This document shows positions 34,261-43,823 of a stretch of 64,000 nt of DNA, in pieces. The number at the start of each line of letters is the position of its first letter. The first letter of the stretch is position 1. The position numbers and the translations under genes are program-made. Below the pieces are notes generated by a model that saw only the letters and a list, made by a program, of their open reading frames with translations, made no database searches and was not told the origin of the DNA. Source of the stretch: an uncultured Acidimicrobiia bacterium (GTDB lineage: Bacteria; Actinomycetota; Acidimicrobiia; Spongiisociales; UBA5794); NCBI GenBank assembly GCA_963812375.1, contig CAWEUW010000007.1, positions 489,791-553,790 on the forward strand, written 5' to 3'.

Positions 34261-34971
34261 TCAGCGGGGGTCGCCGCCGGTACGTGCCAGGTAGTCGTCG
34301 AGCATGGCCGCGGTCGCCGTCGCCCCGCATCGGGTGACCCCGACCGACATCACCTCGAGCAGGCCGTCGAGGGTGCGCACCCCGCCGGCGGCCTTCACCT
34401 GGATGTGCGGCGAGACCGTGGCTCGCATCAGCCGCAGGTCGTCGAGCGTGGCGCCGGAGGGGGCGAACCCGGTCGATGTCTTGACGAAGTCGGCACCGGC
34501 CGACTCGACCAGCCGGCAGCCCCGCACCTTCTCTTCGTCGGTGAGATAGGCGTTCTCCAGGATCACCTTGACCAGGGCGCCGTCGGCAGCCCCGACCACC
34601 GCGGCGATGTCGGCCTCGACGGCGGCGTCCTCGCCTGAGCGCAGCCACCCGATGTTGATGACCATGTCGAGCTCGGACGCTCCCTGGGAGCGCAGCAGCG
34701 TCGCCTCGGCGACCTTGGTGGCGGTGGCCGACGATCCGTGCGGGAAGCCGACCACCGTGCCCACCTCGACCGTGGTCCCACCCAGCAGTCGGACCGCCCG
34801 CGGGACGTCGGCGGGGCGCACGCACACCGAGGCGACGTCGTAGCGGAGGGCGAGGGCGCACCCGTCGACGATCTCGTCGATGGTGAGCTCCGGTCGCAGG
34901 AGCGAGTGGTCGATGGTCTTGGCCACCGTGGCGTAGGTGACGTCGTGGACGGTGAGGGCGGTTGTCTCCAT
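34261..34971 (-). CDS. deoC: Deoxyribose-phosphate aldolase
   Basis: IDHSLL, VVGFPHG, ELDMVIN, FVKTSTGF, VKAAGGVR. Confidence 0.95.
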   Translation of the reverse strand: METTALTVHDVTYATVAKTIDHSLLRPELTIDEIVDGCALALRYDVASVCVRPADVPRAVRLLGGTTVEVGTVVGFPHGSSATATKVAEATLLRSQGASELDMVINIGWLRSGEDAAVEADIAAVVGAADGALVKVILENAYLTDEEKVRGCRLVESAGADFVKTSTGFAPSGATLDDLRLMRATVSPHIQVKAAGGVRTLDGLLEVMSVGVTRCGATATAAMLDDYLARTGGDPR

Positions 34972-35000
34972 CGGCGGAGCCTACGGTGGGAGCGCCAGGT

Positions 35001-35010
35001 TGTCTAGACA
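35001..35010. promoter_or_regulatory. GntR/HutC-type operator 2 upstream of deoC
   Basis: TGTCTAGACA followed by GGT, same 13-mer as at 30109. Confidence 0.7.
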
Positions 35011-35018
35011 GGTGGGCT

Positions 35019-35821
35019 TCAGGGCGATGGGGGCGCCGGCTCGCTGACCCCCCAGCCGCCGTCGACCGAGATGACCTGGCCGGTGATCATCGCCGCCGCG
35101 TCGGACATGAGGAACGCAGCCGCCCCGGCCACGTCTCCGGGGTCGAGCGGGCCCCCGGCCAGCGGCTGCTTGACGGCGGCGTACGCCATCGTCGGCGGGT
35201 CGGACAGTGCCCGGGTCGCCATCGGCGTGTCCACCAACCCGGGGGCGATGGCATTGACCCGGATGCCGTTCCCGGCGTAGTACGCCGCCGTCGCCAGCAT
35301 CAGCGAGATGGCGGCACCCTTCGCCGCGGCATAGGCGTGCGTGGCGAACAGCGCCGGCGAAGGGTGCGAGGCGATGGCGCTGGTGACGATGGCTATCGAC
35401 CCGCCGGTCCCCTGGGCGAGCATCGCCCGCAGCGCCGAGCGCACCGCCAGGAACGCCGGGAGCGCCGTTGAGGTCGAACGTCGCCTGCCACGCATCGAGC
35501 GACACGTCGTGGAGGGGGCCGTCGCCGGCACCGCGGCCGCTGCCGCCGGCGACGGCCACCAGCCCGTCGATCCGCCCTGACCATTCGACGGCGGCGGCGA
35601 AGGCGGCCTCCGCCTGGTCCTCTGATGCGCAGGTCGGCGGCGCCCAGCCCGACCGACCTCCCTCGCCGACGATCCGGTCGGCCAGGCGCTCGGCCTCGCC
35701 GGCGTCGAGCGAGATCACGAACACCGAGCGCGCCCTGGGCGGCGCAACGGAGCGCAGTGGCGGCGGCGATGCCGGTGGCGCCGGTCACCACGCATGCCTT
35801 GGTGGCCAGCGGAGCGTCCAT
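35019..35821 (-). CDS. Short-chain dehydrogenase/reductase, frameshifted
   Basis: VVTGATGIA, YAAAKG, IRVNAIAPG, ITGQVISVDGG. Confidence 0.88.
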
Positions 35822-35986
35822 GCCGCGATACTGGCAGCTTCATGCCCGGGCCGACCTCCCGGCACGGTCACGATGACACGGGCGGTTGACCGAAGTCGGT
35901 CGGCCCTCCTCCGCACATGGGCCCCTACCCCATGGCGGCCGTCTCGTGTCTCATGTGGCCGTTGGCGCCTGACCTGAAGTCGGCGC

Positions 35987-37081
35987 ATGGACCCCGCTGC
36001 CGACCTCCTGGGCCAGTCGCTGAACATGGACGACTTCGAGGAGGCCGCCGGGTCGGTGCTCCCGCAGATGGTGTTCGACTACTACCAGGGCGGGGCGCTC
36101 GACGAGATCACGCTCGGTCGCAACCGGGCCGCATGGGGGGAGATCACGCTCCGCTACCGGGTGCTGCGCGACGTGTCGAAGCGGAGCATGGCCACGTCGG
36201 TGCTCGGGATGGACATCGGCCAGCCCCGTCCTCTTCGCCCCCACCGCCTTCCACAAGCTCGCCCATCCCGAGGGCGAGCGGGAGACGGCACGGGCGGCGC
36301 ACGCCCTCGGACACCATCATGACCCTCTCCACGCTGTCGAACATCCCGATGGAAGAGGTGTGCGTCGAGCACGACAAGGTGTGGTTCCAGCTCTACGTCT
36401 ACCGCGACCGTGGGCTGACCAGGGATCTCGTCGCCCGGGCCGAGGCGGCCGGGGCCAAGGCGATCGTGCTCACCGTCGACGCCCAGATGTGGGGTCGGCA
36501 GGGAGCGCGACGTGCGCAACCGGTTCCACCTCCCCGAGGGCCTGCAGGTGGCCAATGCCCTGCCCGGCGGCCACGGGGCGATGCCGGAGACGGCGGGCGA
36601 GTCCGGGCTGGCCGCTTACGTCGCCCAGCTGTTCGATCTCGAGCTGTCGTGGGGCGACCTGGAGATGCTGCGCGGGCTCACCCCGCTCCCGCTCGTGCTC
36701 AAGGGACTGGTCCATCCCGACGATGCCGTTCTCGCCGTCGAGCACGGAGCCGACGCCGTGGTGGTGTCGAACCACGGTGGGCGCCAACTCGACACGTCGC
36801 CGGCGACCGCCGAGGCGTTGCCGGCGGTGGTGGAGGCGGTCGACGGTCGGATCCCGGTCCTGGTCGACGGGGGCATCCGCCGCGGCACCGACGTGATCAA
36901 GGCGCTGGCGATGGGGGCGTCTGCGGTGCAGATCGGCCGCCCGGTGTTGTGGGGGCTGGCGGTCGGCGGCGAGCCGGGGATCCTGCAGGCGGTGGGGGGC
37001 CTGCTGCGCGAGGTCGACGAGGGGATGGCGCTCTGCGGGGTGACGTCACCCCAGGACATCACCGACGACCTGCTGGGGTGA
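35987..37081 (+). CDS. FMN-dependent alpha-hydroxy-acid oxidase, frameshifted
   Basis: DYYQGGA, WFQLY, LTVD, SNHGGRQLD, DGGIRRGTD. Confidence 0.9.
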
Positions 37082-38402
37082 GGGCAATCAGGCGTCGGGA
37101 CGAGGGGTCGCCGGGGATCAGCACGCCGGGGTTGAGCAGCCCGTCGGGGTCGAACTGCTGCTTGCGCATGATCAACTCGACTATGTCGGGCCGGACCGGG
37201 TCCAGTCGGTGGCGTTTGACCACGCCGACGCCGTGCTCGCCCACCACCGACCCATCGAGGCCCTCGACGATGTCGAGCATGGCGTCGTGGTCGATGTCGC
37301 CGGCGATGTTGATGTGGCAGTTGACGAAGGGACCACCCGGCGGGCCGGTGTAGACGTGGCCCCACAGGTACGCCGCCGGGCCGTCGGAGACGGCGGCCCG
37401 CAGCTGCCCGATGGCCCCGAGCGGGACGGTGAAGTCGAGCTTGGCGACGTGGTCGGCGACGCCGTGGGCCGCCGACGGAAGGACATGGCGGAGCGCCCAC
37501 AGCTCGTCTTGCTCTGCGGGATGGGCGGCGACCACGCCGTCGACGTCACCGAGGGAGTCGATCAGGGTGCCCTCCAGGCCGGGGGGACCGCGGAACTCCA
37601 CCAGGAGCATGCACTCGGCGTCGAGCGGCGACCGGCGGCCCAGTGCCTGCGCCGACAGCTCGAGCTCACCGGCGCCCAGCAGCTCGAACGCCCAGAGGGA
37701 GGGCAGCACCACCAGACGGCGGGCGAGGTCGGTCACCTCGCCATGGGTGGTCGGGATGAGGATGACCAGGCGCTCGGCACCGGAACGCTCGGTGCGGAGG
37801 GTCACGCCGAGGATCACCGCCAGGGTCCCCTCGCTGCCGCACACCACCCGCCACAGCTCGGCGGCCGGGTTGCCATGGAGCAGCACCGACTCGACGTGGG
37901 TGCCGTCGACCAGGCAGACCTCGGCGTCGAGCAGCTGATCGCGCACCCGCCCCATCCTGATGGTGTGGATGCCGCCGCCGTTGGTGGCGACCATCCCGCC
38001 GATGGTGGCCGAGTCACGTGCGGAGCTGTCGATGCCGACGAACAGATCGCGGCAGGTGGCGACTTCGTGGATCTCGGCCAGGGTGGTTCCCGCCTGGGCC
38101 CGGATCGTCCCGTCGGGGGACTCGCCCACCCCGGTGAGGCGCCTGGTGCTGAGCACCAGCTCGCCGTTGCGGGGGACGCCGCCGCCGACCAGCCCGGTGT
38201 TGCCCCCCTGCACGACCACCGGCATGCCGGACTCGTGGCACGCCGACATCACCGCAGAGACCTCGGCGACCGAGCCGGGCCTCACCACGGCGGCAGTGGA
38301 TCCGGTGAACTCGCCGGTCCAGTCGGTGGCGTACCCGGCGACCACATCGGGGTCGGTGAGCACGTGGTCGTCGCCCACGATGCCGGTGAGAGTCCGCAGC
38401 AT
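37059..38402 (-). CDS. FAD-binding oxidoreductase (GlcD / D-2-hydroxyacid dehydrogenase-like)
   Basis: QGGNTGLVGG, TIGGMVATNGGG, GSEGTLAVI, GEHGVG, DPDGLLNPG. Confidence 0.88.
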   Translation of the reverse strand: MLRTLTGIVGDDHVLTDPDVVAGYATDWTGEFTGSTAAVVRPGSVAEVSAVMSACHESGMPVVVQGGNTGLVGGGVPRNGELVLSTRRLTGVGESPDGTIRAQAGTTLAEIHEVATCRDLFVGIDSSARDSATIGGMVATNGGGIHTIRMGRVRDQLLDAEVCLVDGTHVESVLLHGNPAAELWRVVCGSEGTLAVILGVTLRTERSGAERLVILIPTTHGEVTDLARRLVVLPSLWAFELLGAGELELSAQALGRRSPLDAECMLLVEFRGPPGLEGTLIDSLGDVDGVVAAHPAEQDELWALRHVLPSAAHGVADHVAKLDFTVPLGAIGQLRAAVSDGPAAYLWGHVYTGPPGGPFVNCHINIAGDIDHDAMLDIVEGLDGSVVGEHGVGVVKRHRLDPVRPDIVELIMRKQQFDPDGLLNPGVLIPGDPSSRRLIALTPAGRR

Positions 38403-38451
38403 GGCGGCACTGTAAGGAACTTGCAGCCACCGATGCTCGGATGCGGTGTCG

Positions 38452-38694
38452 CTACCCGGTGTCGGCCCTGGTGCCGATGCGGGCGAACGGCTCGGTGGAG
38501 AAGACGACCTCGAGGGGGACCTCGAAGTAGCGAGCGATGCTGAGGGCGAGGTGCAGGCTGGGGCTGTACTCGCCACGCTCCAGGTAGCCGATCGTCTGGT
38601 AGTGGACGCCGAGCGCCGAGGCGAGCTGGCGCCGGGAGATGCCCCGCTCGACCCGCAACATGGCGATCCGGTTGTAGACCGTGTCGTTGCTCAC
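38452..38694 (-). CDS. XRE-family HTH regulator
   Basis: NRIAMLR...VHYQTIGYLERGEYSPSL. Confidence 0.9.
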   Translation of the reverse strand: MSNDTVYNRIAMLRVERGISRRQLASALGVHYQTIGYLERGEYSPSLHLALSIARYFEVPLEVVFSTEPFARIGTRADTG

Positions 38695-39545
38695 CGCACC
38701 CATTGCAGCGCCTGCTCCCGGGCCTCCTCCACCGCAGAGCCGGACTGGCGCCGGGCCATGCGGCGCAGCACCACCGGGACGACGAGGAGCCCGGCGACGG
38801 CCCACAGCCCGAGCACGACCACCGTCCAACCGGTCCGCCACGACCCCCCGATCTCGAGCGCCGCCGCCGAGTCCGGGAGGAACGCCGAGCGCATCCCGAG
38901 GCCCAGCCAGTACAGCGGGAACATCTGCGCCACCACCTGGAGCCATCCCCACAACGACTGGATGGGGAAGAAGATCCCGGAGATGCCGGTGAGGATGGCG
39001 AAGGGCAGCATCCCCCAGGTCCCGACCTTCTGCACCCCGGGCACCAGGGAGCCGATGGTGAGCCCGATGGGGAGGGTCGCCAGGGTGCCGAGCACGGTCA
39101 CCCACAGCATGGTGAGCCAACCCTCGGCGCCGTTGGCCATGAGGTCGGGGAAGAGCAGCATGCCCGGGATGAGGATGACGGCGAAGGACGGCACGATCCC
39201 GAGGAAGCTGGAGACCACGTGGCCCACCTCGTGGCCGAGGACTCCATTGGGCACCGCCTTGGCCCGGAGGAGCGTGCCGTCCTCCCGCTCCATGGCCAGG
39301 GCGTAGGCCGGCCCGATGATCATCCCGAATGCCACCATCGCCCCGAGGATGCTGGGCATGGCAACGGCGGGGTACGAGAGGCTGGTGCCCTCGACGTCGT
39401 TGTTCCGGTTGAGGAACAGGTAGCCGAGCACGGCGACCGCCATGAACAGGTAGAAGCCCTGGTCCTGCGCACTGCGCACGCTCTGCTTGAACTCGATCCA
39501 ACCCCGTTGGAAGCCGGTGCGGATGGCGTTCTTGGTGGGGCTCAT
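38691..39545 (-). CDS. ABC-2 exporter permease
   Basis: EREDGTLLR, ISGIFFP, FPLYW. Confidence 0.9.
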   Translation of the reverse strand: MSPTKNAIRTGFQRGWIEFKQSVRSAQDQGFYLFMAVAVLGYLFLNRNNDVEGTSLSYPAVAMPSILGAMVAFGMIIGPAYALAMEREDGTLLRAKAVPNGVLGHEVGHVVSSFLGIVPSFAVILIPGMLLFPDLMANGAEGWLTMLWVTVLGTLATLPIGLTIGSLVPGVQKVGTWGMLPFAILTGISGIFFPIQSLWGWLQVVAQMFPLYWLGLGMRSAFLPDSAAALEIGGSWRTGWTVVVLGLWAVAGLLVVPVVLRRMARRQSGSAVEEAREQALQWVR

Positions 39546-40495
39546 CAGCTCGCCCTCTCTTCCGGGGCATGGCGGGTGGCGGCCGCCTGCAGTTGGGCGA
39601 CGCCGGGGCCCTGGCCGCTCTCCTGCCGCTGGACCATCGCCAGGTAGGTGTCCTCGAGGGTCGCCCGCCGCACCTCCAGATCGGAGATGTCGTCGTCCTG
39701 GTTGAGCAGGTCGCGCACGAAGCCGGTGGCGTCGGTGGTGGCGTGCACGAACTGCTCGCCGTCACGACTCCACTTCACCTGGGCCTCGCGGGTGACCCGA
39801 CGGGCCAGCTCGTCGGCGCTGCCGTCGGCGACGATGCGTCCCTCGGACAGGATGAGGATTCGGTCGGCGAGCTTCTCGGCCTCGTCGAGGTCGTGGGTGG
39901 TGAGCAGGATGGTGGTGTCCTCGAGGTCGGTGAGCCGGTGGACGAGGTCGTGGAAGTCACGCCGCGCCTGGGGGTCGAACCCCGCCGTCGGCTCGTCGAG
40001 GAAGAGCAGCTCGGGACGCCCGATGATGCCGACGGCGAGGTCGAGCCGCCGGCGCTGGCCTCCGGACAGGGTGCGGATCTTCTGGTGTTGCTGCTCCTCG
40101 AGCCCGACCATGGTGATGAGCCGGTCGACGTCGTAGGGCCGCTCCCGATCGGCGGTCGAGTACGGCAGGTAGTAGCGACCGAGGTGGTCGAGCAGGACTC
40201 GGGGCGTCCATCTGGCGTGGTCGCGCCACGACTGGAGGACGACGCCCACCTGGGCCCGCCAGTCCTCGCCTCCGTGGCGGGGGTCGACGCCGAGCACCGA
40301 CACCGAGCCCGCCGAACGCACCCGGAAGCCTTCGAGGATCTCGATGGTCGTCGTCTTGCCGGCGCCGTTGGGCCCGAGCAGGGTGACCACTTCTCCCCGG
40401 TACACGGAGAAGTCGACCCCATCGAGCACGTCGACCGTGCCGTACCGCATGCGCAGGCCCTCGACCCGGATGACGGTGTCGGTCGAATCGATCAT
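39545..40495 (-). CDS. ABC exporter ATP-binding protein
   Basis: GPNGAGKTT, LSGGQRRR, LDEPT, TTH. Confidence 0.93.
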   Translation of the reverse strand: MIDSTDTVIRVEGLRMRYGTVDVLDGVDFSVYRGEVVTLLGPNGAGKTTTIEILEGFRVRSAGSVSVLGVDPRHGGEDWRAQVGVVLQSWRDHARWTPRVLLDHLGRYYLPYSTADRERPYDVDRLITMVGLEEQQHQKIRTLSGGQRRRLDLAVGIIGRPELLFLDEPTAGFDPQARRDFHDLVHRLTDLEDTTILLTTHDLDEAEKLADRILILSEGRIVADGSADELARRVTREAQVKWSRDGEQFVHATTDATGFVRDLLNQDDDISDLEVRRATLEDTYLAMVQRQESGQGPGVAQLQAAATRHAPEERAS

Positions 40496-40522
40496 GAGTC
40501 TCCGCACTTCCGTACTGTTCAG

Positions 40523-40559
40523 AGTATTGAACGTAGCAATACTGCTATGAGATCGTCAA
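40523..40559 (-). promoter_or_regulatory. Sigma-A-like promoter with overlapping palindromes (candidate XRE operator)
   Basis: Minus strand TTGACG-N18-TACGTT; AGTATTG-N7-CAATACT and TAGCA-N4-TGCTA palindromes. Confidence 0.6.
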
Positions 40560-40657
40560 GAGGCCAGTGTACGGCCAGACCCCTCCCCGTCAGCCGTGTT
40601 GGCCTGCCCCGTTCCCGACAGCCCTCCCCGGCAAAGGGGAGGGGAAAGGAGACACTG

Positions 40658-41528
40658 CTACAGCGCCTTGGTGAAGAGCCATGCCCGATGGTGCTGGGCG
40701 AAGCCGGTGCGGTCGAGGGCCTCGACCACCCAGGGAAGGGCGGGGAGCTTGACCTCGATACGATCGGCGCCCAGCTCGCGGCTCAGATCGGTGACCGCCT
40801 CGAGGAGGTCGGGCAGCTCCTCGGGACCACCCGACATCCAGCCGCTCTCCAGGCGATCGCCGTCGACCGCCGCCATCACCCATCCCGCCGACGACACCCA
40901 CAGAGCCTGGGCGCGGGCCGCCCGCTCCAGGTCGACCGGATGGAGCCGGCGCCAGGTCCAGGAGACGGCGACCAGGCCCCCTGGCGGCCCGTCCCATCTC
41001 GCTGGTCGTCCAGGCGATGAAGGCAGGCGTCGCCTCTGCGGACGGCGCCTGGTCGAGCACGTCACGGGCGGGGCGGCGACGGCCTCCATTGCCCGAAGGC
41101 CTGGCGGACCGGGGGGCCGGCCGCGTCGCCGCCGTCCACGCCGCGGTCCGGCGCATCCCCATCCGCTCCACCTGGGCGGCGGCCGCCTCGTTCCAGTCCT
41201 CCACCGCCAGCCTCGACACCACCGCACCTCGACCGCGGCCCCACTCCTCCAATTCGGCGTCGATGGCGGAGGCGATCCCCTGTCGCCGCCAGTCGGGATG
41301 GACCCGGGCCGCCTGCAGCCACAGCTCGTCCTCGGAGAGCATCCGACCCGCACCCATGGCGACCGCCTCATCCGTCTCGTCGACGGCGACGATCAGCCGG
41401 ACGTTGGGATCGGCCAGCCAGGCGACGAAGGCGTCGGCGACGTAATCGCCCCAGGTGAAAGTGTCGGTGGTGAAGGCGGCGATCGCCGGCTGGTCGGAGG
41501 CGACGGCGAGGCGCAGCGAGAACGCCAT
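40658..41528 (-). CDS. GNAT acetyltransferase (frameshift near 40980)
   Basis: TFTWGDYV, ARVHPDWRRQGIA. Confidence 0.8.
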
Positions 41529-41580
41529 CCGATCACGATAGGTGAGTGCCCATCGGTGCCCGGCGATGGAGTCCCGCCCG

Positions 41581-43742
41581 TCAGCCGGTGGTGCCGACCC
41601 AGACCTGCTGGCCGCTGCCGCCCTCGATGGGGATGGCCTGCTCCGACCAGCCGGACAGGAGGATGCCGTTGGGGCCGACCGCCTGGTAGTTGGGGTAGAA
41701 CCCCGGAGGCAGCGACCGCGTCGAGCGGGAGCCGCACCCAGGTGTCGCCGTCGAGCGAGGCCACGATGGTGAAATCGACCTGCGGCTCCTCGAAGCCCTG
41801 GTCGGCTTGGGCGTACACCTCCTGCCAGGCAGCGTCGATCGCCTGGCCCTCCACCGCCACCACGACCTCGCCGGTGTCGGGATCGACGATCTCGAGCGGG
41901 TCGGTGGACTCCAGGTCCTCCTGGAAGGCCTCGGCGAGAACGGTCCCTTCGGCGTCGGTCACCGTGTAGGTCCCGTCGGCGGAGATGGTCACCGTGAGGT
42001 CGTCGACCGTCACCACGGCCGGCCCGAGCACCATGCCCGGATAGCCGACGGCGATGAGCCCGTGCGGGGATGCGCTCAGGCTCTGGAAGGCCACGTCCTC
42101 GAGTTCGGGCAGGTCGAGCGATTCCCAGGTCTCGCCGTCGGTCGAGCGCCACACCGCACCGTTGCCGTCGGCGTCGGCCCCGGCCACGTAGACATGGTCG
42201 TCCCGGGTGGCGATGGTGCTGACGGTCGCTCCCCGCCCGACGTCGACCCTCGTCCAATCGTCCCCGTCGAGCCGGTAGAGGGCGGTGCCGTTCTCCATGC
42301 CGAAGCTGGCGTACAGCGTGTCGCCCAGGCCGGCAACAGAGTTCACCCAGCCTGGGGCCGAGCCGGTCATCGTGACCTCCTCCCACGTCTGGCCGTCGTC
42401 GGTCGACCGGAAGGCGACGACCCGGTTGCCCGCCGCCAGGGACACGATCTCGGGCGACAGCCCCAGTTCCTCGGCGGTGAACGTGGCTTCCACGTTGCCG
42501 TTGCTGTCGTAGACGTCGATGTTGCCGGCGCCGTTGGCGCCCCACCCGAAATCGGTGGAGAGGTCATCGGGGATGACCTCTCGCAGGACCTGCTCGAGGT
42601 CGCCCCACTGCGTCCCGAACACGGTGATGGCATCGCCGTCGACGACCGCCGAGATCAGGTTGGTGCCGACCGTGACGGTGACGTCGTCGAACTCCTGCTG
42701 GGCCTCGACGGGCAGTTCGGCGGCCGTCCACGAGATCCCGTCTTCCGACAGGAGCACGAGCGGCTGGTCCTGGCCGGTCGCCGGGTCGAAGGCGCTTCCC
42801 ACCGCCACCCATTCGCCATCCATGGAGACGAGCTGGCTCACCCAGCCGCCCTGCTGGCCGATCGGCATCTCCCCGGCGACCTCCCAGTCGAGCCCGTTCT
42901 CGGAGGTCAACGCCTGGGGGATCTGGCTCCCTGACTCGTAGTCGACGATCATCGCCAGATAGCCCGCGTCGCCGGCGCTCACCCCCTGCATCTCGCCGGT
43001 CTCGGAGAACGGGAGCACCGCCCGGGTCCATTCGAGGTCGGCCAGGGCGTTGGTGGTGGTCAGGGTGGCATCGGGCCCGGCGGCGACCGGGTTCTCCGGC
43101 TCGTCGTCGCCGAGAAGGGCTCCGGCGGTGAGCATCGTTCCGGCGCCGAGGACAGCGGCGACGGCGAAGGCACCGGCGATGGTGCCGATGCGGCGCACCC
43201 GGGCGTCCCGCTTCACCGACTCCAACCGGGAGAGCGGCACCACGGTGCGCTCGGCGGCGTCATCGAGTGCCCGATCGATGACTACGGGGTCGGTGGCGTC
43301 CATCGCCGCCAGGACCCGCGCCGTGGCGATCTGGACCCGTTGCGCCGCCTCGGCCGGGAGCATCCCGAGGGCTCGTCCCACCGTGGCGTCGTCCCATCGC
43401 CAGATATCGCGAGGCGATGAGGGCGAGACGCAGATCGAGGTCGAGCGCCCGCACCGCGTCGACAACGGCGACGGTCTCTGGTCCGGGTTGGTCGTCGGGG
43501 AGCCGGAACCCGGAGAAGTCCCTCCGTTTGCGGGTCAGTTGGCGACGAGCTGCCCCGAGCGCCTCGGCCGGTGGTGATCCGGCCGACCGGCCAATGGCTC
43601 TCCGTTCCCGACTGAAGGCGGTATCGACCGCGTCCAAGGCCAGGTCGCGGTCGCCGGTGGCCAGGACGAGCGCCCGGTACAGGCGCGGTCGCCAGTCCTC
43701 GTAGGCGACGTCGAAGGTCGGCTTGTCGAGTTGGGTGGTCAT
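41581..43742 (-). CDS. Degenerate ECF-sigma-like N-terminus + transmembrane helix + extracellular repeat (BNR/propeller-like) domain; frameshifts near 43400 and 41710
   Basis: RLYRALVLATGDRDLALDAVDTAF; DATVGRALGM; TM IAGAFAVAAVLGAGTML; five SxDG/SxNGxxW-type boxes. Confidence 0.7.
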
Positions 43743-43823
43743 CGTTTCCCGGAGGTTTCGGTCAGCTTTCAGACGGCGCGCCGAGCCGTGCGGTTCCCGT
43801 CGGTGGCCGGGCCTGCTGCGGTG

